Source: Phoronis australis
Taxonomy: Eukaryota > Animalia > Phoronida
Length of the DNA stretch: 64,000 nt
Assembly: GCA_002633005.1 (NCBI GenBank)
Contig: NMRA01000026.1
Span: 1,041,330-1,105,329 of the forward strand
Direction of reading: 5' to 3'
Below are positions 24,375 to 37,262 of the stretch, piece after piece (position 1 is the first letter of the stretch; every line of letters begins with the position of its first letter). Under the pieces are notes generated by a model. It searched no databases. It was not told the DNA's origin and was given only the letters and a program-made list of their open reading frames with translations. The translations under genes and the position numbers were made by a program.

Positions 24375-27300
24375 ATTAAATGTTTAGGGAAGTCGCCAGT
24401 GCTGCGCTATTCCAAATAATCCCGCTGTAACAATATCTTGACGGCTGTAGTGGAATCGTCAAACATAAATAGTGTGGATGAATCAGTGCATGTCTATAGC
24501 GCCTTATCCAGTTGATTGCAACAGTATTATTGAAGAGTAATAACTGTCCCCACTAATCACTGTGTCGGAGGTGAATCAAGCTCATTGTTGCATTTAATAT
24601 CCAACTGACTACCTCGTAAGTACACTACAGTGTAAGTGGCTAACCTCCGTTTATGTAGTGCGATGTCCGTTCGAGTATTCAAGACTTCCTCAGGTTAAGT
24701 TCTGTAAAATAGACATGTGAATTTAGAACAATTTACGTAAAATAACTACATATGGCAAAAAATCATATCTTAATCTGACAAGCTTCGAGTTGAGTTAAAA
24801 AGTCATGGTAAATATTGTTATCAAATTCAGGGATTTAACCTCACCTGACTTTACGATTTGTCATGTTTAAATTATCTTTCAGCATGACTTTACATAAGCT
24901 ATTACCATTTTGAAGTCAAGCCACCAAAGTGACCTCAAAGATAAACTGACATTTTAATTCCCTTTTAGATACCCCTACCTGTGAAATGGATTACAAAGCA
25001 TTAAAGATGTTTTCAGATGAGGCTTGACACACCAGGGCCAGCTAGTAGTTGTGTTAACAAACCGTACATCAAAATGGCTTGTGCACACTTGGTTTAAGTC
25101 CTCTACACAGCACTCCTCCTCAAAACAGTCTCCCGTAAATCATGATTAAGGTCTTCCAGCACATGTATTGTTTGAGATGTATTGTCTGACAGAAGCTAAA
25201 CATCAAGCCACCATATCAAAATAAAGTTACCTAGTTACTCCACAGATTTAAGCGTAAATAAATAGATTTTGAAACACAGTATCAATGGTGGTTGTATGTT
25301 ATCTTATCATTTATAATCTCAACTTGGTCTTATATCGCAGCAACAACGATAAGTTAGTGGAAATGTTTGTTTGATGTCAGTAGTTAATCTTTGGCTAATC
25401 ACAAAAGCAGTAGGCAATTAAAGATTTCTTTGAATACAGGATTGCCTTCAACTCCACACTACCATAAACTCACCTATAGCACCAAACCCATGCATTGATC
25501 TTCCATAAAGCATATTTGTTTGGATCAAATATCAACAGAATGAACATTGATAAAACTCTTCTTAAATTTCAAAAATTTAAATAGATTACACTTACTTGAA
25601 ATTTAAATCGGAGAAAATTTCAACTCTGTCTTTACTTAGATCTAGATATCCAGGCATTTCATGCTAATTCTAGTGGCTGAGGAAATCTCAAAGCCTTTTG
25701 TACCTATTGGGAAAGTCCATATTTAGTTTTCACAGGGGAGCTAGCTTGCATGGTTTTAATTAATACTGCACAGAAAGAAATAGCAGTAACCTCAAATTAC
25801 AATTTTCACCATGCACGAGGCCTTTCACCTGCAAGGTTTTTCAAAAAAATAATGAATATCAAAACTTGTCTTTTTAGTTGATGTTCATATATTCTGTCTG
25901 TCTGCAGAAGTTAGCCTTGCCCAGACTGTCTGAAATGGACAGGGAAATCACCTAGCAATAACATGTGACTATTACACCCTATTACTCTGCCATTAGCTTA
26001 TCTCAGTAATTTGTGCTGCTCTATGAATACATTAGACACAAGGCCTCAAGTGTGGTCACTGTGTGGTCATTTTACCAGGTCTTTATTAACTCAATTGGTT
26101 CTTAACACTTGCCAAATTAGATTATTAGCCAAACTTGGAGAGGAAATCCTAGGCTGTTAAAAATTGTACTTTTGGTTGTTCTCATATTTCCACTAAATAA
26201 AATGCATATTTTTAACTGATTGTACTTTTTGTTTCTTACCCTAATTATAGGGTCTGATTCGTAACATTTGTTTGCTCTGAACATTTCTTTCAACTATTCC
26301 CAAGCTAAACACATTGTGATTTGGTTACACAGAACTTCAGCAGTTGTACACATTTCAGAGAGGTCCCGATAGGATTCGTTGTTACATTTTCGACTGTACT
26401 ACTAGCTGTAGATCTGTCCAGTGGAAGTTTATATGTTCTTGCATTATAAAAATACTGAGATTTAAATTTAAGTAAGTGAATTTTGCACGTAACGCTTTTT
26501 CTCTTTTGCATATTCATGTATATGATAATTTTTTCAAAATTAATTCCCAGTTTTAGGTCAACAGTATTTCAGTCAAATCTTTTCTGAATACTCTATTTTC
26601 TCTTATCTAACCTTCAAGCCAATGCCATGTTGATTAGTACAAGTTCCTCCCCTGCAGGTCACTTATTCACTGTTCAGTTTATAATACCTTCCAGGTATTT
26701 GATACACCTATATCTGCTTGCTTGTAGTAAACAAATTCATGTGTATATTGACCACCGCTGATTGAGCTCCACATTTAAAAAAGCCAGCAATTTCTACATT
26801 GTTGTCGAAGTCATGACTGACAACTTTTATCTGAAACAGCATCTTACCTTCATGCACACTGTCTGTCTTATCTGATGTTATTTGTGTTAATGGACAATAC
26901 ACACTCCTTTACTGATAAAAATATTAGCAGTGGCTCCATTGAAATGGAACAGATATCTCTACACTCCTCCCTCAGAGGCATCCTAGGCCAGTCAGGCAAT
27001 ATCAAAGGCAATCTACATCCCAGTTATCAGTTGCAAGGGTCCTTGACAATCCAAACAGCTACTGTCTATAAACTTCTGTGTTTACACCCAGAATGCATGT
27101 ATAATGGTTGGTGGTTTATTTCACAGCTGTTTTTGGGGATGATGGCTAACATTTGTTTAAAGTTAGCCTGGGTTCTTTAGGTTTTTCACCAGTTACCCTG
27201 TTTGGCATTTGAGAAGATAATTATTCATTTTGGAATTTGAAAAATAGGAAAGAAATTGATTGTGCTCAAGGAAATCATATTTCTTCATGTGTTTCAGTGT

Positions 27301-30300
27301 TAATGCATAACTTTGGATTTTTATGTAAAGAATGGAAAAATGTGTGTCGCCTGTAAAACTGTGACCTAAGGCAGTGCATGATTCTCTCAACTTGTTCTTG
27401 CTATTGTCAGTGTCAACGCTTCTTACTTCTCATTAAAAACTTTTCGACTATGACTTCACTGTTCCAGATATATAATCTCACCAATTTAGGACGCAATATT
27501 GTAAACACGTGAATTTTGTATATTTTCCCGATAGTCAGGGTGTGCCAAATAAAATGAATATGGAGACTTCGTACTTTACGAGTGTGCAAAACTAAGTGAG
27601 TAACCAAGTATCACAAAATGCAGGAACACAATAATAACAATAATTTCGCACACATGCTTGGGCGATTATCTAGTGATTTAAAATTGGTGACATTTTCAAA
27701 TGTTGACACGTTTTCACTCCGCTGTCTCTTATTTTCCACTAGTTGCCTGTCATTTTTATACCCCTCTACAGCAAACCTTTCTTCAACCCTTTATCATCGC
27801 TAGACTGAGTACTGACATGAAGCATCATTGTGATATCAATGGCCAATCAGTTCGGTTGAGTGAGAAGAACCAACACGTCTTTTTCTGTCTGGCTCGTCAA
27901 CTGACAGTTTGGTTGTGATTGTGGGAAACAAGCTTTTCAAACATCAATGAAAAAATTAATTGGAGATAAAAACCTATATAACATTTTATCTAATTAGTTA
28001 CCAGTGTTTGGAAGGGTTAAATCTTACCAATTTGGGACTCTGTGTGGGCAACATATGAATTTTCTCTCGTTATTTTCAGTAAAAGGTATGTAGCGCTTAA
28101 GTAATGATTTTGCTTGTTCAAGGTCTGTGCCATAACTGCCGTCAGACAAGTTTGGCAATTATTTTTATCCAACATTGGTAAGATTATTCAGTAATAGGTA
28201 CAATGCAATTCATAATATTTGCAGACTCGTCAAGGTCGAATCCTCCTGAGCAGTTGATGTTATGCACATTTCCATCAAAAACAGAATATTTTTAAGACTT
28301 TCATTAGCACTCATTTTTGCTGTTTTTATCCAGCATTATTTTTTCATGATGCTATGCACGCTTACTTGGGTCAGTTTACAACAAGGCCTTCCAAGGGATT
28401 ACAATTCTTAATGAAGAAGATCAGCTGTTAAATTAATTCGGTGATGGATAAGATATTTTTACAGACACCTTGTAACACTGTATTGAATTGAGGATGATGT
28501 CTCTTGGTTCTTTGTCATTTGAAGTGGATGTTTTCTGACCGTGGGTCTAGGATCAGTGGCACAGATTAAGGTAGTTTTTCAAACAGCAATGACAGGCTTA
28601 ACATCCAGCTGAATGATAAATGACATGTGTTGTCTGTTCAATGACCAGGTCTTTGACCAGTAGACTATCATTTGTTTGGTACTCAGTTTCACTGCTTCCC
28701 CTTAAAAATTAGATTATATATTTTTTATTTCTGTGTGCATATTTTTACCATTTCATGTTTTCTTGTTAATCCAGAAAACTGCTTTTTATTTATGTGCATT
28801 TTCAATAATTTGCTGTGAAATTTGAATTCACATAAAACCATTCGCCCTGACAGCTTGTTATTCTGCCAATTTTTTTCTGTAATTTTCAACAAATTTGAAT
28901 GATGTATGTCATATAAATTCAGGTCAATCTCCTTATTTGAAAATTCATTGTTATGACTATATTCCAAGTGCTGACAGATTATAACATTATCTGGATTGAC
29001 AGTTTCATATCATTGTCATTGGCGATAATCCCTATTAAAAGTGGTTCTTCCTGATGGACAAATAGGACCTCAGGCCGTTTTATTGTTGCCTTTCTCTGCC
29101 AGGCATAGACAGACATGTGTGATCAATGAACCATGAAGTGCACTACATTTTAGTTTGTCCTGTCCTAAATATTCAGGCTGTTTATCTAAACATGTTATCA
29201 ACTTAGCCTTTTATAGGTTTTAAAACATTTTCCACATGTTTGTTACTCCGCCGCCATGTAGATTATCATTCCTACATGTTGGGGACAGCACACCTCTTGC
29301 AAGTGTTCGTTTTTTCCTTATTTGTAGGCCAAAGTCATTGAAAACAAGATCTGTGATCCTTGTGCTTTGCCCTTCATTTCAAAAAGATTCCTATCTATGT
29401 TGTCAGTACTTAAATGCCTAAGGCAGCTTACCTTCACATGCTTGATTTTACGTTGTCACCTCTCTAGTTTCCTTCCATTGATCGTATTTGCTTTATTCTT
29501 GTGTTTTGTATGCTTTAGGGCTGAGTTTGCAAAAATAACAATGTGGTTCTCCACAGTTTTTGAAGTACATCAACTGTGCTAATAATCAAAAGATCATATA
29601 TCCTGTTAGGTTTTTAGAAAACATAGCCATTCTAAACAGTTGGTACATTAAAATTTGATCAGGTGTGATGAAATGTTCGTCAAGTCATTTTTCCAATGTT
29701 TTAGACTTTGAAAATGTTTCCTGTCAAAACCAATCTTGGTTGGGTTTTTGTATTTACAAATCACATATTTTGTTAGGATGAGGTAGTAAATGCTGTAATT
29801 TTTTACTTCTCACAAAAAGAATTTCCAGAATTATCATTTTCCCGTTTTCAAAGTCTTATTTTCTTGCTGCAGATAATGGGAGCTTTTTACTAAATGTTGT
29901 ACGACATCTCAACAATGCTAATCAAGTTAACAGTATACTAAACTTGTCTTAATTTTTGTTTTTATGGATTACAAAATAAAATTTCCTCTGTCCACCATAT
30001 TGTGTGCTACATAGGTGGAGGGTTACTGTAATGTTATCATTCTGTATTCAATAAAAATGATGGACATTTGAATAAAATATATTTTATTTGCACTATGCTA
30101 TTCTTGAGTAACTAGATTGTGCTTCTTTGTTGATTTTTTTTACATTTTTGGGATTTTATTGTTATATCAGGATCTGGAATTTCTTCTCGTTCATCTCTAC
30201 AAAAATGATTACATGCCTACGTTTCTCGGTAAAATATGAAGCCTTGAAACATGGCCAATAATCCTACAGGTGAGTTTGGCAACTCTTTTGAGAGCAGGTT

Positions 30301-31808
30301 TGGTAATATTCAGACTGTATGGTGTGTCATACTTATGCTTAAACCCTTTTGTGGTTCACTTCAGTGACTGGGTTGTTCACAGTTCCGTACCTGTGGCAGG
30401 TAAGTTATAGGCCGTGTGACAGGTTTGTCTGGTTGTCTCAATTATATAGCTAATTATTATGACAACCTTTCAGTTTCTGTTTCTAGACAACTGCACAATT
30501 ACTGTTCCTTTTGGTGACACAGCTGGTATGAGCAAATGATGGAAGAGGATGATTTTAAGCAACATCCTATAAAAATTGTCACTTGAATTGTGATAAAAAC
30601 TCTTTTAAGTCATGGAACTTTTGACAAAATGTTATAATGGCTGCATGTTTTTGGTAGATTTACACTGTTTATTGCTCTCTAGATGTATTTGGGTGTGTTT
30701 TGCTGGCATTCAATGAAGTGGTCTCTTTATGCTCTCACGTATATTAACTATACCTACACAAAGTGGTTACTGAGAGCCTAATTCAAGTTGTCCCTGGACA
30801 CTTTTTAGTTAAAATTGGCTTTCACATCATCAGTTATGTTTGCTTGTCCCTGTCTCTATTGGCCACTTCAATGGGTTATTTTCTTAGTCATTTCAACAGT
30901 TCTATCCGAAATCAAAACATGTATCTACACTGTAACACTTGATGGAAAATCTCACTTAGAACAGTCAGCATCAAGTTATGTCTATGTAATGATCTATTGA
31001 CATTTGCCCCATGACTACTAACCCCACTTCTTTGGGATAAAGCCGTAGCAATGCATCCCAAGTCTATTGGCTTCAACAGTCTATACTTTCAATTGATGTC
31101 AAAATATCAAAATCATAATTTGGTTTTCCGGTGTCAACTGCTTTGCTAGACACTCGTGAAAGTATTAGAATCTAATATATTGTGTGCTAGCGAGCAATAT
31201 TTCCACTGAATGCCACAGGTGTTGAAATATGTATTTGACCTTGCTCAGCCCTTGATGAACATATCAATATTAGATAAACTTTTTGTTGTAGCTTTCCCAT
31301 GACACTTCTATTTTGTATATGTTCTAGATCAAGGCAAAATGATGAATCATTGATTGGAGGCTAGTGTCAGGACCCTTGATTTAACTAGGTTCTCAGCATT
31401 CTGAGACTTGTAAAACGATTTATGGCAATAATGCCGTGCTAAAGTAAGAGTTCTCTTTTAATTGTACTTGTTTGAACACCCAATTAGATTCAAGATGCAG
31501 CAGCTACGTTTTGAAATGAGCTCGTGTTTTTCAATGGCAGGAGAGTTCTCATTGGACAAATCTTGGCCACAACCCACAATTTGCACGATTTTGCTAGATG
31601 TTCATCGCTTTTTTAGATTCTCTGCCCAAAATTACCAGTTATGATACACAAAAAAGCCAGCATCATGAAATATTGAGAAATGAAAGAAATTACATTTTGT
31701 CTTCATCAGCTTGGCTCAGTTTGTTCAAACAAATTTTGACATTACAAACTCGGCCTGCTTCATGGCACCTTGTACCGTTTAATAGCAGTGGCTTCATGAC
31801 AATTAAAT

Positions 31809-31999
31809 AAATCTATCTTTGGAACTATTTGGCTTCCGAATTTGAAAGCCTCGTAAAATATTGGGGTCATTTTTACTCAAAGAATTGCTATCAAAATTAG
31901 CCAAATCTATTTTTGGAACTATTTGGCTTCCGAATTTGAAAGCCTCGTAAAATATTAGGATCATTTTTACTCAAAGAATTGCTATGAAAATTAGCCAAA
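31809..31999. repeat. 94-bp tandem duplication
   Basis: AAATCTAT.TTTGGAACTATTTGGCTTCCG... starts at 31809 and again at 31903. Confidence 0.9.
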
Positions 32000-34900
32000 A
32001 TAGATTGCTCAAGTTTCTGTTCTTTGGTACCTATTGATGAATGGTTTTTGTATGGACTCTTTGAACCATGGTAGATAATTTTCCAGCGATAGGTACTGCC
32101 AGACAAAAGAGCACAGGACTGCTTGCATTGGATGAGATTGATATCTGGACAAGCCTCAATTTCAAAATTACTGACGTCTGGAGTTGACACCAAATAGAAA
32201 GTTTTTGTAATGAGTTGTTTCAAGCACAAGTTGCTTCTGTGTTCTCAATAAACTCAAGAGTTCCATATTCAAATTTGTAGTTTGGAAAGTGTGGCATCTT
32301 GAAGTACTTCGTGAGCCATGGCTGAAATAAACTTCAACATTTCTAATTACAGATTCAGTAGTTATATGGTGAGTTTTCAGGACCTTCTTCCATTGCAGTT
32401 CTATATCTTGGCTCAACTAATACATTGTCCACTTGAGCTTCACAGTCCTTACATAGACAATTTTGATTTCTGTGGACAGTATTAGCCATTGCATCAACAT
32501 TTGCTCAGGGGACAGCTCTGCCACTGTGTGGCCCACTTCTGAAACCTGTTCAAACAGATTATGAAGTGTGAATTACCATGGCTTCTCAAGTCTGGATCTC
32601 AAGCCATTGTTACATGGGCTTTTAACTCTTTTAGCCATTGATTGCCCACGGTCACTAGTTGGAGTCTCTCAATATTCATGCTATTGGTTTTAGCTATGGT
32701 GAATTAGGGAGTTGTTATGTCCAAATAGCCTCCTTTACACTGCAACCGTCTTTCCTCTTGAAGTGGCATTTTTTGTTCACTTGAATTACACGCTGTAAGA
32801 ACTGTGCGTTGTTTCAACCTTGCCAATGATGTGTAAAATAGCTGTGTGAGATTCATATTTTAATAATGATTGACTTCTAAGTCTGCAATACTGTAAATTA
32901 GGTGCCCAGTGTTTTATGAAGTGCAGGATTAAAATCATTTTTGTCCAAAATTATTAGTTTGCTAAATTTTAGTGGATTTCAAACCATTCGTTCTTGAACA
33001 TCTTTCTGCTGGCATAGAAAGCTGCAGCCAGGTATGTGTTATAGCATCACAGCCAGGTATGTGTTACAGCATCTTTGTTAAGGTTTTCTCTGCTATTCAC
33101 CATGTTCGTCGATTGATGATGATAAACCAATTACTGTATTAAAACTGAAATTCCTGAAATTTGTTTTATTTAATGTTTATTCTAAATTTAATGAAACCCC
33201 TAAGAGTTTTAACTGAGGTCATCCACACTTATCTTGGGCTCAAAACTATTACAGGCGCCCCTGCCAGGTGTATTGTTCCTTAAAACATCACCTCATTTAT
33301 GCTAGGCATGTGTACAATGTTATATATGTCTGGATATATCTGCTCTTGGCTACCTGTGCATGTGATAATACTAATTAATTTTTGTCTATGTTGTAACGTA
33401 CCGGTACTTCATATTCTAAGCTGGTGAAATTTCTATTCATACTGTAAAGTATATATCTCTTCCAGTCACCTATATTACGTTGGGAAGTACCTTGCTTTAC
33501 CGTCACATTTGTTACTGTGGTACCATCTATTTCACCCGCATCACATCGTAGATCACTGTCACCCACCACTGACATGTCCTAGTCCTACCTACTGAATACC
33601 ATGGCATGAGTCTAACATATACACACTGATGGATTACCTACCTGTTGCAGTTATTAACACCTCACTCTCCAGTCAGTAGGCTACCACACACATATAGCTG
33701 GTTCTCATTTCTAGCTACTGGCAGTACATTAAGTCACTGTTCAAACACACTTGTGTTATTGAAACCTCTCAGATATTGTATGGCCACCTCACAGTCTGCA
33801 CTGCCAATATATTAGAGCACCTATTGAGCACGAATAATGCCCACCATAGAAATCGACCCAAAATATTATGATTCAGTGGCCAATGGCTGGCTGAATATGC
33901 CAGGTTTTATCTTTTCAATTTTTTGGTCAACACCAGATACTGTATAGGCGGCGGGCACTTTCTCTAATCAAACACTTGCCTCTATAAGGTTATTGTGCCG
34001 TGCCAGTTGTTACTGGTCTGTTTGGCCATCTCGCCTATGAAATCAAATCACCTGGTCGATTCACCTATTGTTAATTACCCCTCACCTGCGTAGCCGATCT
34101 GTGCTTCCCCTGTCTAGCGCTTTTGATGATCCTTTTTCTTCTTTGAAGTGAATTCAACCTGAAAGTTAGCAAAATCAATGACCTTGCCTTGTTTACTAAT
34201 TGATTTTTGTTGACAGGCCCCTTTTTCTTAAGGTATTGAGTTGCCTGTGTGCACCTGTAAATTCAATTGGCAGTCAATATTGTCTATTATAGTAGGAACC
34301 TAACTATTAAAAACAAGTTATCAGAGGAATCCTTTCACGTCTGCTTATAGCTGACACGTCTGCTTGCATTAGAAATTTGATTTTCATCCGTTGTGATTAC
34401 GATGGCTTAACTTGGTATTAGAAGTCCGATAATGCTTGATAAAGATTTCTACCCATTTTCCTTTATTAAGTTACTTATTAAATTAGCGCTTTAGTGATTT
34501 CAAAAGGTTTCTATTTCCACTGTCTGTAATTTCATCCAAATACTGGCGGTTGACTTCAGCATTAGCTATACAAAGCAATTTCTAAAATGACAAAAAGTAT
34601 TCCATTCTTCAATACAGGCAGCCACCCGTGCCTTTTTGGTTCACCAAACTCTTACAGTTTGCAGACAGTTTTATTTTTGCATTTCCTGACCTTTTTTCAA
34701 GTCTTTCCCGGTAATTATTGCCATTCTGCTGTTGGTGTGATTCAGTAAAAATGTGCAAGTTAAATAAAACTATTTTTACAAAAATTTGTGGTGGACGATT
34801 CTCTTTTTCTATCTCTCCAGAGTTATTCGGTGATATATTGAAAGATCGCCTCCCACTGACGCTTGCACATGCACGAACATCCGCGTATGCATGCACGGAC

Positions 34901-35354
34901 ATTCACCATCTGTTCCTCCTGGAGTCGGATCTTAGGTTCTTCTTAATTGTTGTGGAGAATAACTGTTGGTTTAATAATCCAAACAAAAGTCTAGTCACAG
35001 TTAAAAGTCATGTGCCTCAGGCTTGGCGAAACTGATGTAGGCCCATTGTGTTATGACTGATGTTCTCTTACCTGCTTTTGTAATCACCTGAACCATTCTT
35101 TATGATTGTTGTGGAAGATTTGTTTGTTCAAGAGAGCCTTTGGCCAGGCTCTTAAGATCTTTTGATCATTAATTGATATGCTTACAATATCTGGTGAAAA
35201 TTGACACATATCCTGCCTTGGACAATAGATCTGGAAATGCTTCTGTTCCCTGCCAGAAATGTGGATGGGCTGTTAGGAAAACAATCATGTTCATAATAGG
35301 GTTCTGCTCTTCCATAACTACAGCAGTTCATCATTCTGTTATCAGTAGGTAGTA

Positions 35355-36108
35355 CCGTAATCGTTCGGGTTAACGCCCATGCTCAGTTAACCGCCCACCC
35401 CTACTTTAGGTGGATTTTCGATTTAACCGCCCACTGCTCGGTTAACCGCCCCCCTGCTATTTTTGAAGATTTCCAATTAAGCGCCCACCTCTCGGTTAAG
35501 CGCCCATCCCCTACTTTTGACGATTGGTGATTACCGCCCTGTGCTAATAGGAAANNNNNNNNNNNNNNNNNNNNNNNNNNNNNNNNNNNNNNNNNNNNNN
35601 NNNNNNNNNNNNNNNNNNNNNNNNNNNNNNNNNNNNNNNNNNNNNNNNNNACAGCACAGCTACCGTCTGCTACGCAGGTGAACATGTTCAACGTCTGCGA
35701 AGTATAGTGAAATAATGAGCATAATTCGCAATAATCGGTCTCACCTGAGGCGCCATATTATGCAGCAAACTTTCTATGCAAGCGTTCGGAGTTTGACCAC
35801 ACTCTACATTTTCGAAACTATTTGTTAATTAGAGTGCGCAGAGTACGCACTTGGTGGCGATAAAGTTCTTTTCAAAGTGTTAGGCGATCCCAGTATGTGG
35901 CTTAGTACGTGTGGTGACTCAGATCATAAGGTAAGATTAACCGCCCAGGGCGGTTGCCTGTCGTAATAAGCGCCCATGTTCAGTTAACCGCCCCCCCCCG
36001 ATTTCTTGAAATTTCACGTTTAAGCGCCCATGTCTGGTTAACCGCCCACCCCCGATTTTTTGGGTTCGCCAATTTAACCGCCCAGGGCGTTAACCCGAAC
36101 GATTACGG
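35355..36108 (-). mobile_element. Second member of the CCGTAATCG-ended family, inverted relative to 3022-4825
   Basis: TA|CCGTAATCGTTCGGGTTAACGCCC ... GGGCGTTAACCCGAACGATTACGG|TA, a perfect TA duplication; contains the gap 35555-35650. Confidence 0.88.
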
Positions 36109-36231
36109 TAAAATTCTGTTTTTTTTTCTGGATAATCTAATTGGTGAGCTGTATTTTAGTTCAGTCACTTTGAAAGATGTTGAATAATATTTGGTTTCTC
36201 CATGGGTTCCTACGCTGCCCCCTGACTAAAA

Positions 36232-36338
36232 TGCAAACCTGGCTGTATTTCATCTATTCACTCCTAATCTGTGCAAATTGCAAACCTGACTTAGGCTGTA
36301 TTTCATCTATTCACTCCTAATCTGTGCAAATTGGAAAC
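36232..36338. repeat. 53-bp tandem duplication
   Basis: GGCTGTATTTCATCTATTCACTCCTAATCTGTGCAAATTG at 36241 and 36294. Confidence 0.9.
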
Positions 36339-36522
36339 ATTATTCATAGATACATATTATTTTCATTTGTTGGACATGTTACTGAACTGTGTACTAGAAA
36401 ATAGTAAAATTAGTATCATCATGCGATAACGTTTCGTTCATTCGCCATTGGGTAGAGCTGAATTTCTAAACATGGCTCAACCTCCTTTAAACATGACTGT
36501 TTTTCAAACAACACTCAAGAAT

Positions 36523-36662
36523 TTGAATCGTACTCTCAACACCATGGTGCAAGTCACGTTGGGAGGTATTCTTTGTACTCTCAACACCATGGTACAAGTC
36601 ACCTTGGGAGGTATTCTTGAATCATACTCTCAACACCATGGTACAAGTCATTTTGGGAGGTA
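36523..36662. repeat. About 45-49-bp tandem repeat, 3 copies
   Basis: TACTCTCAACACCATGGT(A/G)CAAGTCA..TTGGGAGGTA occurs three times; it explains the repetitive ORF 36448-36663. Confidence 0.9.
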
Positions 36663-36836
36663 ACTGTGTCACATGCTGTTAGTTCTGCTTTCAAAAACAA
36701 AAATGATCGTCAAAATTGCACTTCTTTCATTGTTCATGGACTCCTAACATTGTTACAAAAGCCAACAATTTTTCATAACTTTGCCCTGTGGTATACAAAC
36801 TTGAAAATGGTAATGCTTTTGGTTTTTGTGCTTCAT

Positions 36837-37262
36837 CCTGGGATTTTCCTTAGATGAAGCCACCTGATGAAACACTCATGGCCGTTTATTCGGAAAATTA
36901 TGCCAAATAAACGCCCACGGGCGTTTAGTTGGTGTTACAACTTCTAGTGTCAAGTGTCCAGTGGGGAATTTATTCAGAAAAGTTTCTCTTAAAAGCGCAT
37001 TCAGCGTCAACTTTTAGTCACAAATTCAGTTTTGTGGAGATTTATCATTAAAACAAACAAACAAACTTTTGGCGAACTATGCAATTATTAACATAAAACA
37101 CAGTTTTAAGTAAAAAAATGTCAAATTCAGGAAACTGACTTACTGTTTACCCGCCTCCCTTTTACGAATAAACACCCGCGCATTTATATGGTGTTATCAA
37201 AACACCTGAAAATGTTCATTTTCAGAATACATGCCTATGGGCTTATTTACGGAAAATCCCGG
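36837..37262. mobile_element. Degenerate MITE of about 430 bp
   Basis: Left CCTGGGATTTTCCTTAGATGAAGCC versus right GGGCTTATTTACGGAAAATCCCGG|TA; internal AATAAACGCCC-like subrepeats. Confidence 0.5.

Noticed and set aside
31330-31410. Possible intronic box C/D snoRNA (ATGATGA 31339, CTGA 31401, CAAG/CTTG stem)
   Set aside because: I could not identify a convincing rRNA guide, and similar sequence near 43220 suggests a repeat. A snoscan or Infernal hit would revive it.
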